Under the pieces are notes generated by a model. The model saw only the letters and a program-made list of their open reading frames with translations, searched no databases and was not told where the DNA came from. A DNA stretch of 61,829 nucleotides, the filler included, from Porpidia crustulata (lineage: Eukaryota): assembly GCA_964255105.1 (NCBI GenBank). It is 13 parts of 13 records of this genome, joined end to end, with 100 filler letters (N's around TTAATTAATTAA, not from the genome) between each part and the next. Parts side by side here need not be neighbours in the genome. Positions count along the whole stretch, not along the records: positions 23,887 to 28,556 come from CAXUWE010002023.1; positions 28,657 to 33,323 come from CAXUWE010002024.1; positions 33,424 to 38,085 come from CAXUWE010002025.1; 10 more parts are not named here. One strand, 5' to 3'. Both the position numbers and the translations under genes were made by a program. This document shows positions 23,887 to 35,881 of the stretch, piece by piece (the stretch's first letter is position 1; the number at the start of each line of letters is the position of its first letter).

Positions 23887-24156
23887 GAGATGATGAGGGG
23901 GTTTTTAAAACGGAAAAGGTGTGGGAAAGTATATTGGGTATATCTACACTCGACGGCGTGAAGACAGTGGATATCAAAGTTATGATGGTTTTGATATCTT
24001 CAAAGTCGCCCATAGAAACGAATATTAGATGACCGAGAGTAACATGAGGCATGCTCGATGAAAGTGAGCTCCACCCGGAACATTCTTTATAAGGAAACGT
24101 ATGCATGATGAAATGGGTTGGGAGCAAAGGAAGTGTGAGTAAAGGATAAAGCTTAC

Positions 24157-25258
24157 AATGCTGGTCGCCCGCACGATCATAGACAAGGGTCTTTGTCAGA
24201 GCCGACTTGATACCTTCTTTGGTGGCTGAGGGGCGGCTCGAAAGATTCATTGCAAGCTCGAGAAGATTCAAAGCAGTTCTTGCATCTCCATCTGCAAAGG
24301 CGGCCAAGTATTTGATAAGGTCGTCATCAACCAGCGAAGAAGGGCTGTAATTAGGACCTTCGATCTCAAGGGCTCGCTGAAGAACAGAGATTATATCTGT
24401 GTCTGTGAGCTTCTGCAAAGTGAAAGTTCGACATCTAGACAGAAGTGCGTTTTGGACCTTGAAGGATGGATTTTCCGTCGTAGCTCCTATCAACGTAATT
24501 TGACCACTCTCTACGGGTCCTAAGAAGACATCCTGCTGGCTTTTTGAAAATCTGTGGATCTCATCGCAGAAGATAATTGTTTTCCTTCCTGTCAAGCCAA
24601 GCTCTCCTCTTGCTTCTGCAAATATCTTTTTACACTCTGCAACCCCCGAGCTTGTGCTATTGATTTCCACAAAACGGCTGCCAACCATGTTCGCCACGAC
24701 TCGAGCGATCGTTGTCTTGCCGGTACCTGCTCCTCCCCATAGTATCATCGACGGTGTTCTGTCGGTTTCTATGAGCCCTCGAAGCACACCATTGGGCCCA
24801 ACAAGCTCTTGTCCATATACTTCATCGAGGGTCCGCGGTCGCATACGTTCGGCGAGGGGAGCCGCTTTTTGGAATGCAGTAGCCGGTTTGTTTCTCTTTG
24901 AAGGAGGTTCTCCATCGGGGTCGGCCGTCGGATTCACACCAAGTGGTGAACTATCCTCAAGATCAGCTGCTTGACGTTTCCTCACAGCTTGGCTTTGGGT
25001 GCTCGAGCTCGTGCCATTGACGGATGCCTCTTGCGGAGCGACCTGAGGTGTTGCAATCTTCACTGGAGCAGGATTTATGGTTATGGCCTTCTTGGACGAA
25101 GTGGTCTTGAAGAAGCTTGACACGGGTGTGGAGCTACCATCTTGGACTATTTGATCAGGCGGTGAAGCATCGTCGACGAAGGTTTCACACCCCGAGTCAA
25201 TATGGCTGTTAATATTTGCCTCTCTGACACCTCTGTCGCATATAGGGCAGGCGACCAT
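24157..25258 (-). CDS. MGS1: DNA-dependent AAA+ ATPase Mgs1/WRNIP1, first exon only (remainder beyond the contig end)
   Basis: UBZ finger CPIC…INSHID, APLAERMRP, SMILWGGAGTGKTT, FCDEIHRF, IGATTENPSF, GDARTALN and YDRAGDQH, followed by a GTAAGC donor at 24156. Confidence 0.93.
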
Positions 25259-25877
25259 GATGATCAAGGAGTCACAAGGCAAGTAAGGACCACAGGTTTT
25301 TGGAAACGCGTCCTGCGCGACGTTATCTCGGGCGTTAAGTCCGATAGCTATCACTCCTCGACATTACTTTATCCCATAAGCTGGGAGTCCGTGTGCTTAG
25401 AGGTGGCTTACCCAGGGGGTAAACACAGGTCAAAGGGATATGCGGCAATGTGATATTCTAGACACACAACAATAAATATATTTCCATGATTAAACTAATC
25501 ATTTAAAAACTAAGAAACACTCGAAAGACCGTTCGAATATAAAAATGTTATTAAATTTCGATTGAATTAAAAAATGTAAAATTATATTTTTTGTGAACGA
25601 TTTCTAATCGAAGTTTAATTTTGTTTACGATTATATGAATTGCTTTCATCACAAGTGAAGTTTGGTCACGTGATGAAACATGCCTGATGATACACGACAA
25701 TTAATCAACCTTGATAGTTAGTGTATTACATACCTAGATCTTGACACTAACCGAATGACCATGGCACACTAGACACCGCGGTAGATTTCTAGCAGTGTCT
25801 CAGTATTGACAGCAGATGATGCAAATCACGTGCGTTTTGCTCAGAGCCTGAAGAACGAAACTAGATTTTATGTGTAC

Positions 25878-28283
25878 TCATATATACTCATTTGACCAAA
25901 GGAAATCTGAGACAGAAATTGTACCTTCCACCTTTGTGAATACAGTCTTTGTCACATTTAGCTGGCGCCAGTAACTTATCATTCTTCTCTTAGAGTCGTC
26001 CTTAAGATGTTCCACGATGGAGTCTAGAATATGGTCGGCCCAGGCAAAGCCAAGAGGCACACCTTTTCCTTGGGCTGAAATTCCCGGATGTTGGTCAAGT
26101 GTTTCACCCAAGTCTTGAAGGAGTTTAAGACAGAAGCGAAAGACCGCGAAGAAATTGATGCGCATTACAGGTATTTCGCTGTTGAATTCTGGTAAGACAC
26201 GGGTCTTGATCTTCTCGAGCGAAACATTGAAAGGCTTAGAGTGCACCAAATTGGTGACGTCCCGAACTTGGGTTCGACTTGGCCGCCGGATTCCTGGATT
26301 CGTATATATTCTGACCCAGAAATCGCTTGTTGGCTGATAATAGGATCCATGAAGCTCGTAGAAGACAGACAATGTTGATCGAACCACTCGACGAAGTGAA
26401 GTCGCAGTTGCCTTTGACAGCACTGGAGTATTCCTATCAGAGTCGTTTTTCTTCTTCATCGGCTGCCCCATCGTTCTTCGAAAATGTGAGCTGAAGTTCT
26501 CTCTTGGGAGCGTTCCAAGGAATAAAGGATCAAGCAGCATCTGACACAGTTGCTCAAGTAGTAGAATTTTGTTAATCGGCGTATCTAGTCGTCGTAAGGC
26601 ATTATAGAGATGGAGCACCGCGCACACATATCCAAGGTCGCAGCAAAGATGAAGTCCCTGTGAAAATGCCACGTCCAATATCTCAACAATATGACATCCT
26701 GCAGTCCATGGAGCTTGGTAATAGAGGTCGAAGCGTTGTTCGCAAGCGTATTTTTTTAGTGACTCGGCCCGGATTTGAAGATACAAACTGTGCTCCACCA
26801 CTGCAGGCTCTCTGCACTCGCCGATGGTATCAATAGCGGAAACAGCCGCTGACATGTTTCCGGAAACTTCGTTAGCAAACTGAAGGGCTATGATGCGGCA
26901 GTTTCGCTTGTTTGGTTTACCATCCAGCCAAAGGAATGCCTTGTAAGTTGAGAGCAGCATCTCCATGCCAAATACTAAATGGGTTGGAATAGAGGCATTG
27001 GTGTTGCTAAGTATCTGATTCATCAATGGCAGAAGAGGCTCTGAGATGTGTTCATCCTTCTCCGAGATCTCGAGGCTAGCTATCGCACGTTTAGAAGCGA
27101 GTAGTTGGCGCATGCTCTCTTGGATCTGGTCCAAGGCAAGATCATCGACAGCGAAGGCATTGTCCGAGTCATCGCTGCGCACAGTAGGCCGTTGTATAAC
27201 GCTAAATGGATCTTGGTGTTTTCCAGCATCTGAAAGAATTTCCTTATATTCTTCCAAGGTCCTGCAGTGTTCCAGGATTTGGCCAACATGAAAAAGCGAC
27301 ATTCCATCAGCCAAGCGACCTCCAGTCTGACATTTGAGTTCGGGGATGGCGGTAAAGCGGATCTTGACCCCTTTGCGTTTATGGTCAATCCATTTACTGA
27401 CAAGGATATCATACGTGGGCGTAAATGACTCCAGTCTCGCAGATATCCTGCTAACTGCATGCAAAGCTGTGGTCGATAGGAAAGCAGCCAGTGGGATGGG
27501 GATTTGCTGCTCTGCTGCTTCTCTCCAAAATGTGTTGACCTGCTGACAGATCGTATCTAGTTCCTAGGGTACTGTAAGTATCGCGAGATATTGTAGATGT
27601 ATAGTCATGGAAATTTACATAGAGATAAAAGCTAATTTTAATCCATTCTCCTGTGTCATCATCTTGAAGGAGTATGTCTCGTGAAGACGGTTGCAACGAT
27701 CGGTCTGACGTTCCCGATTCCTTATTTATGGATTTCTTGTTTTCCCTGTTTATAGCACTTTCCTCCGCTCCGCAGACGGGATCAATGTCCTCTAATGCGG
27801 CAAACCTATTGGAGGCTGGCTCGAAACTAGCTGCTCCAGGAAGGGACGGTAAACTGGAAGAGGTCGGCTCGACCTTTGCTTCAAGAGGCTGCAGGATTCG
27901 CAACACATCTTCCAGTCTTAAAGCATCAACATTCAATCAAGCCAGATTAGGACTCTTACATACCTCCTGATGAAAGCCTTGTGTTTATGATCGCTACCAT
28001 CCTCATCGTCGCTCGATGCTGGGAGACTTTGATAGATCCCCAAGACTCTCCACCGCCTTGTAATTGCCTCACTCAGGGCTGAAATGACACTTCCTGGCAC
28101 GACACAATTTCGGCTCCGCACTTGTTCCGCAGCTTTGAGGATCTCCACTGTGGATTTGAAATATGTAGGTTGATGTACGGTTATATCGAAGGGACAGATT
28201 GACAAGAGCCAATCCAGCGCATATTTTGTATTCTTTTTATATGACGAATACAAGGCGGGCAAAGACTGGGTTGCATACGCCAT
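25878..28283 (-). CDS. DUF6604-type fungal protein of unknown function (~760 aa); introns 27917-27963 and 27564-27618
   Basis: The N-terminus Y..YKKNT…WL…VP.SV..ALSEAITRR…H..FI..LE matches the DUF6604 pattern as I recall it. It also has SNRFAAL. Two GT-AG introns join three ORFs in frame. Confidence 0.75.
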
Positions 28284-28556
28284 GTTATGCTGGCTGAGAA
28301 GAGACTGGCCAGGCTATGATGTATAATGTGGAAAATTGGTGGGATTGGTGACAAGCGCTGTAGAATAAAGGATAGCTACTTCGTCTTTCGTTTCTCAACA
28401 GATACAAAACAAAATTGAATACGAAAAATAAAGAAAAATAAAGAAAACATGATAAAAACCAATATTACGAAAATTATAATAATGTATCCATAAAAAAGGA
28501 TAATTGTGATGGGTTAGACCCATTAATTGGATTAGGTACTACGTACCTGCATTCTC

Positions 28557-28656
28557 NNNNNNNNNNNNNNNNNNNNNNNNNNNNNNNNNNNNNNNNNNNN
28601 TTAATTAATTAANNNNNNNNNNNNNNNNNNNNNNNNNNNNNNNNNNNNNNNNNNNN
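28557..28656. other. Artificial contig linker
   Basis: N44-TTAATTAATTAA-N44. Confidence 0.97.
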
Positions 28657-29280
28657 GCCAAAATCTCCCCCAAATCTGCCAAAATACGCTGTCTACCACA
28701 GACACCATCCATCTAGCTGTAGAAACCAGCACTGTCAAAAAACCTAGACTGCGCGACTCGGCTTATACAGCTACCGTACTTGGTCAAAGAAAACCAAAAA
28801 GAGTTGGAACTATAGGCGTCGGGTTTAAAGGAGCGGATGGGGGGGGTGGTGTAAAGATCACGATGAACGAGGGGGATATAGTTGAGACGAGAACTTGAAT
28901 CAACGTTATCACAAGTAAATTAATGAAACCGGAACAAGATCACATGGTGTAATCTCAGCAATCAAGCAAGGACAAAGACATTTGAGAGTCCCATTTCAAA
29001 GCCAGTCATAAAGTAATAACAACGAATGATTCGGGCCTTTGAGCCAACACCACTTCAACAATTACCACCATTAACACTAATACCAGATACCCGACAAAGG
29101 AAGTGAACAAAATCTATACTCAATCACCAAAACCAGTCTAAATACAGATCCACAAGCACCAAAAACCAACAACCGAGCGCGCAGGACTTCCTCTAGAAAA
29201 ATCCATCAATCTCGGTTAAATCTGAACAATCAGACCACAATCCTCATATCAGACTTTCCATGCGCGAGCCTGCCCCAGAA

Positions 29281-30901
29281 TCAAAAACCCCGATTCGCCA
29301 CAGTAGGCGTTGGAGTCGCCGGTATACCGGTGACATATCCGGAGCACATAGTCGTAAGCTTAGGATCGGTCGATACGACGCATCCCCCGAGGGAAATTTC
29401 GCCGACCGAGGAGATGAAGGTTGTAGGCGTACTGATATTGGCTACTTCGGTCATTGTTGGCCCGGGCAATGGGTCGAGCATGGTTAACATTCCAGGAATT
29501 GTGTCGTTGGTAATTGGTTGGATATTCGAATCATCCGTATCCTTTGATTGAGCCATGGCAATCCGTTTGTTTTCGAGGTCGTAGACGATATATGCCGATC
29601 TCATGAAGTTGTCTCCTAAGATTGCCACGTCCAAATTCGTCGTGCCCCAGATACCCAATACACACTGGTGATGATGACGCCTGTGAACACTTGTTTCCTT
29701 GAAGGGATCACGCATGATGAACTCCTGAATGGGAACAGATATTATTGGTCCATTCCATCCGCCGAATTGAAAGGTGATATTCATGTCGCGGTCCAGGAGG
29801 TCACAAGAAACCGACGCATATGCCACGCCAGGGCTGTCATATAGAGGCATGTGGGCCCCACCTAGGTAGTGGAAGATCTGCCGAGCGACTTCCATCGGTA
29901 ATAATGTAATCGTGGTACCAGAATCTGGGAGCACAGGTATACCTGGCACAGTGTTCCACTGAATTGGGGAAACGTCCTTGGTATTCAAAGTCTTGTCCAC
30001 CACTTTTATCCCGGTAAGTTGGATTGCGAATACATCCGAGTCAGGATGAAGCGGTAGGCCGATGAGAGGTTCCTCGAACTTGGCAGTGTCAACACCCCCA
30101 AACAGCAAAGAGCCAGGGGTATCCGCCCGACTATGAAGCCAAAGACTGTATGCTTTCGTATTTATAAAGCCCAGGTCCTTCATACGGCCGAGGATACCAG
30201 GATACTGAGGAGAGCCTAGGAACTCCGTGCCGAACTCGTCTTTCTCGAAACCAATTCCCCAAATACCCAGAGGATTTTCTAGGTGTTTTGAGAAGGGTAT
30301 GGAATTCAAAAAGTCACTGCCGCCTCCCATTATCACGTCTGATATACTTAATTCTTCATTGTTGCCATCATCCACCGTCAAAGTCTCTTGCATAAGTATA
30401 CCAGAAACACCCGTATCATCCATATAATGAGCCATAAACTCGAGTGACTTTGGTCCAATGGTATCGTTGACATATCTGTGGTAGGTAGACGAATCTTCGA
30501 GCGCGACTGTTATATGATTAGCATTGCCCTTCTTGTTGTATATGCTGTGTTTAAACAACTTTCAAGATTCTAGTCTTACATGCTCCATATTTCTCACATC
30601 TAAGTTCAGCCGTGCTGCATATAGACGATAATGTTAAGGGTACCCATAAGTCACTACTACCCGTATCGACAACAACACCAATCTTTTGTGGTGGAGTCCC
30701 AACGCCAATAAAGGCAACATGGGCAACGTTGGCGAACTCAGTTTCCGCATTGATGAATCCGCGACGTTGAATGATTGAGGTACTTGGGTTATGTTGCACC
30801 CTGGTCAACTCGATACCAATCACCTTTGACCTATCGGCAACGGCAATGGTGGGGGCTAAGAGAAGTGCAGCAAAGCAACGTAAAATTCTTGATTGAGGCA
30901 T
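29281..30901 (-). CDS. Secreted aspartic protease (pepsin A1 family, yapsin/SAP/OpsB-like); intron 30507-30579
   Basis: Signal peptide, VGTPPQ, catalytic DTGSSDLW and [34 protein letters not shown], and a Ser/Thr-rich tail. Confidence 0.92.
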
Positions 30902-32030
30902 TACCGAATCTTTATGCTTAATAAGAAGCCAAGTTGAGCTCGATGATAATATAAAAGTATGTATGTTGATGTATACTGAATAGTATGAATACTGTTGAGG
31001 TATATCGAGGTGAGAAGGAAAAGGCTGTCGACAAAGAAGACAATTCTGTTTCGACAGCGGCGCCTTCCTTCATGGCCACTGATCACCAGCAGAAGGAACT
31101 TCATGTCCAGCATATCTACAAAAGGAAGTATCGAACGAAGTCCGCGACGGCAAGAGCGAAAATATTCAAGGAAACCCCGATCAGAGACTAGTAGCAAGAA
31201 CCATGGAAATTGGTAAGGTAGGTAAAAGCAAAGTGGAAAATCGCCAAATGGAAGCCTCTCATCTCCACAGCTATACTAAGACAAACGGCTGGCAGAAACA
31301 TACAAAGTCAGTAGAGAACGAAGATTCGTGGAGAAAACACGGGCTTGCGTCAATGCCTTGCAATTTAGTACTAGCAGACTTATCCCATTCCTATTGGAAA
31401 TAAAGGAAACAATGACCGCTTTCTATTGACAAGCCTCTACTACGATTCTCCTCAATTAGTACAAATTATGCCAAAGCATTCGTGTGTTGTAACTTTCAAG
31501 CAGCTACAAGCATTTACAACCGAAGACTTGCGAAATCTTACTATCTCAATATCTCTGCAATCAGACAAAGGGTATGGGACACGACATATCAGATGCCTAA
31601 CCGGGAGTCTGAACGACTGTCTTGTAATTGACCGATTGAGAAAAGGAAGCTACCCCAGATAGGTATGGTATCAAGATTTGAATCATGTGACTTTCCACCC
31701 CAGCCTGTCCAACTCCTTGATAACAAGATTGTGCGATAAGCGCCGCGCTATTAAGGAATTCCGGTAACATTCATTATGAGTTTGACCTCAATTACTTCAA
31801 CCAAGCGCAGAGGTTCTGCTCGTATTCCAAAGTCACCAAGTCCTTTTAGTAATTCCTATGAATTCCCTCCAATCAGCAGTTGATGACGTCAAAGCGCTAG
31901 ACATGCTCCAAACAGCAGTCATGGACGTCATTCTCACATGGAGCTATGAAGCTTCTACAGGCTCTTTACTAACGTACCTACTTACCCCAAGTCCATCTTG
32001 TTTCGAAAATCGCTCTGGCTGTTGCGATCA

Positions 32031-32839
32031 ATGATTACCACGAGAGTCTTTCATAGCCTACGTCTAGTCACCTTCAGAACTACTACTTTGATCCCGAAGA
32101 CCAGGCTTCTCTCCTCTTCAGCAGTCCAACGCGGGAAAGATCTAAAGATGCCTACCGGACCCCCGAAGCATGAGATGGGATACTTCCCCAACATGACCGC
32201 TGCTCTTCCATCCGAACATGGAGAGTTTCGAAGAGTCCTTTGGACTGGCTTATATTCCCAATTGGTCCTTATGACTGTGCCTGTGGGAGGTGATATTGGC
32301 GACGAGGTAAGCACTGCACACTATTTGCCAGTAGCTGCTTGGCTTCAATATTAACCTGAATCATGTTTGATAACTTTCTAACCCTCACTTTGAATCGTAG
32401 GTTCACACCGTCGACCAAGCTCTCACCTTCACTTCCGGAATTGGTAAAGCAGCCATCAATGGAAAGGATCAAGACATAAAAGCCGGAGATCTAGTGATTG
32501 TCCCCGCAGGAACCCAACATCAATTTGTCAACACAGGCCCAACTCCTCTGGTACGTGAGTTCGCAATTTTCCCTCGATTATTGGCCGTAGTCGCCCAATT
32601 CACACGCACACAACTCATCGTACAGACAATTGCATCTAGAATCATGCTGACAATGGGTCAAACAGATACTCTATACCCTATACTCGCCAGCAGAGCATAA
32701 CCCACAGACCGTACACAAGACCAAACAGGAAGGAGACGAGGAAGAGGAGAACGGCAAGGATGAGGCGCCGGAGTGGGCTCATAAGAGCAAGGCGGAGAAT
32801 GAAAAGGCTGGATTAGTCAAGATCAGTGGGAAGTACTAG
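32031..32839 (+). CDS. Cupin (RmlC-like, Cupin_2) protein with probable mitochondrial presequence; introns 32307-32400 and 32551-32665
   Basis: FRRVLWTGLYSQLVLMTVPVGGDIGDE/VHTVDQ…AGDLVIVPAGTQHQFVNTG…/ILYTLYSPAEH contains cupin motifs 1 and 2. The N-terminus is Arg/Ser/Thr-rich and lacks acidic residues. A second in-frame ATG is at 32148. Confidence 0.88.
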
Positions 32840-33323
32840 ATTGTGGGTCTCTGGATAGAGGTAGTATACGTAGGTAGGTAGTCGCTGAATCGTCGGACCA
32901 CCTGTGACAATCCTCTGTGAGCCAACATATTTTCCGTATCGATTTCCCAACTACCCAAGATCCTTGCTTGCTTCCTCATCGTAGCGTAGCAATCCGTTTG
33001 GCCCTAGTAGCACAACGCGCAGATTCACCTCTCCTTCATCCCACCATGTCTTCCCATATTAAATTCCCCTCCACGCGCCAACTTCACCCTACTTTACAAA
33101 CTAAAACAAACCTATTGACCATCATTCGCACAATCATCTCGCTGCAAACATTCACAGTTACGCGTATAATCAGGTTATTTGTAGAAGGTGCCTATTTCGA
33201 ACAACCCCTTATCCCTCAACCAGATGCATCATGACCAAATCCACCATTCACAACTCTTCCCTATCCGCTATCAGCCATCCTCCCATCCTCTCTCTAAACC
33301 TCACCTTACTTAACCCTCAACTT

Positions 33324-33423
33324 NNNNNNNNNNNNNNNNNNNNNNNNNNNNNNNNNNNNNNNNNNNNTTAATTAATTAANNNNNNNNNNNNNNNNNNNNN
33401 NNNNNNNNNNNNNNNNNNNNNNN
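33324..33423. other. Artificial contig linker
   Basis: N44-TTAATTAATTAA-N44. Confidence 0.97.
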
Positions 33424-35881
33424 GGATTGAGAGGGGGTTGGCGTGGGTTGTCGATTTGTTGTCGTTTTTCGTATGCTGCTGGATAAATAAAGGGGTGAGC
33501 TGGGGTTAGCTGATGATTGGATAACTGAGGGTTGGTCTTGAAGATGCATCGTACCTCAAATGCTAAATTCTTTGATTGGATGCATCATGTGCCCGTTCAT
33601 GATGCAGAGCGGACAATAAGACGAGCTTCAATCATGAGTTTGAAAACGCGCCGAGGATAGGCTCCCGATGTAAATGGAATCTGCTTAGACTTTCTAAGCT
33701 GACTCAAGTCTGATAGCTGTTATAACATGGAAAAGGTTGTAATACCTTTCGAGCTCCTCCTGCTGTAGATCTTCGGCATTCCTTCCGAAGGTTCTTGCAT
33801 CGTACCTCAATCTTCCCTTTGACTCAGCTACACAAACAATCCCCGCAACATACTGCCTAGTATTTCCGCTTCCAAATTTTGAATGCGCTGATTCATCCCA
33901 TCACGCCTGCGTCGCAAGAGAGGTACGTAGCTAGGAAGAGCTAGACGATGAGATATTGTAACAGCCAATAGACGGACGGAGAAGATAAAGAGCTTCCTGG
34001 CGACTTACATATATACGGTATTTAGTGTAGCATATGAGAAAGGACGAAGAGAGATAGTCTAGCTCCCTGTCAACTCTATGAATGTTGACATTGTCCTTGG
34101 AGGCAATGCTGAAACAGACGATTCTAGCATGAGATGGTAAAGAATTATGGAGAATATTGAAGCTGATTGTAGAGTCGAAGTTTGCCCGAGTCGAAGGTAC
34201 GAAAGATTGAATTGTCGACTTGATAGCCCATCTATAAGGAATATCATCTCGTGCGTTTGGTAAGCTACGCGGCCAGCGTGGTCAAGCCCTTTAACGTCTC
34301 CGTTGAAGTGCTTTGCAAAAATCCTCGATTAAACAAAATTCCGGATACAATCAACTCTCATCGAAGAGTGTGGCAGGACGAAGAAGCTCAAGTACGTCAA
34401 TAAACATCGATAAATTTCTCTAAACATCGTTCGACTGGTTGTATTTGTTCCTCGATGCTAATTCATAAATAAAAAATAAAATAAAAAATCAAATTCTTTT
34501 CCGAACGTCACACGAGGATTAGGTACGAAGTTGATCACAGCAGTATAGTATCTAATTCCGAGCTGAACGTGAATCTATCCATAGACGATAGATAGGATTG
34601 ATTTCATACTTCTGGTGCGTAGGGTTTGCTGCTCTTTCCGTTAGTCGTTAGTTGACAAAATAACTGTTTGCAACTATAAAGTATTCTACCGACCATTCTA
34701 CTTTCCTGGCCGTCAAGTCTTCCACGATTATCTTCTGGCTCCTCGAATGTGGCGTATTTTTGCGCATCAATACGGTCAGAGCATTCAAGATCAGCGAAGG
34801 CTGGATGTCCAACGATTTCCCCATCAAATCTGGAAAAAACGACCTCGAGAAACAGGAATACATCCAGTGACGTCCCGCAAAGCCTCGTGAAGAATTGGAA
34901 GGGAGATTGCATACAATTACATTATCTTGCCCGTTGGCAGCTTCCAATCGCACATAACGGCGCGCCGGGTCTATACATAAGAGAATCCCGAGTCACTCGA
35001 GCGAATGTCCTATTCGCCTCTCAAGTGTTACAGTGCAGAGACTACGACCATACGATCCGGCCAGACGTGTCATATGTCTTCAATTCCGATCGGTACAGCA
35101 ATCCTGGTTATCTGGCATCCAAGGCATCCAAGTGGATCACTTCCTGATCGAGGAACGGGAAGTTTTGCTAGTAGCATAGGGAAGCCCGCGCTAATGCGGT
35201 GATGAGATGCTTTCCTGCATAAGGCAACGTTTTCTCCAATCCGCCGGCAGCTCTACTGGGGAAGAACCATTGGCGCCTGTGTAGGCCGAATTCGAGACTT
35301 TTCAATGGATCAAGTCAAGATGATAGGCCCCGTTCTCGAGTCCTTCCAGTGAGTGCTCCGCCCCGTTGGTACAAAACCGTTCATGGTTTCGCCTAACGAT
35401 GACTTGCAGCAGCTGGTGATAGCATTCGATTGCCGCGATAAGGACCAGGGCTGGCAGTCCGACTGGCGTCGTCATTGGCACCGTTTTTACTCGAGGCCTG
35501 GAACAAACTGTGTTCATGTGGTTGAAGAATCGTTCATGATCACCTTCCAGAGGGCTGCGGCATCAGCACATACTGGTTGACTTCCGACAACGATCCGTTC
35601 CGCGTGCCGTTTGGCCCTTGTCATTCCTAAATTCTCCTGTCGAATGTGCATACGATTCAGCTACCATTCGTATTTGGTGCCTCTAGCGGGGGCGAAGGGG
35701 CCGCAATTGGGTGTAGAGGCTTGTGCGCCTCGTTGCCTTGTGGACAGAATGGCTTTTACTGCACGTATTGGAGAACAATTCATTTCTCTCACTCTTTCTT
35801 CTCATATTGAATGCGCATGCCTAATGTCACTGCCTGCTTGTATTGACTGAAAAGCTATCCGCAGCCACTCCGTCAGGCCCC

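Noticed and set aside
19113..25258. Apparent cluster of nuclear and DNA-maintenance genes (BRE1, BDP1, MGS1)
   Set aside because: MGS1 is on a different contig, and BRE1/BDP1 is an ordinary divergent housekeeping pair.
33540..34530. Repeated CGTACCT/AGGTACG motif, including a 15-bp direct repeat TGCATCGTACCTCAA
   Set aside because: Similar TACCT/AGGTA words occur in intergenic DNA on several other contigs, so there is no specific signal.
34604..35580. Several overlapping 65-130 aa ORFs upstream of the zinc-finger gene
   Set aside because: No motifs, no consistent strand and no splice model. Likely intergenic.
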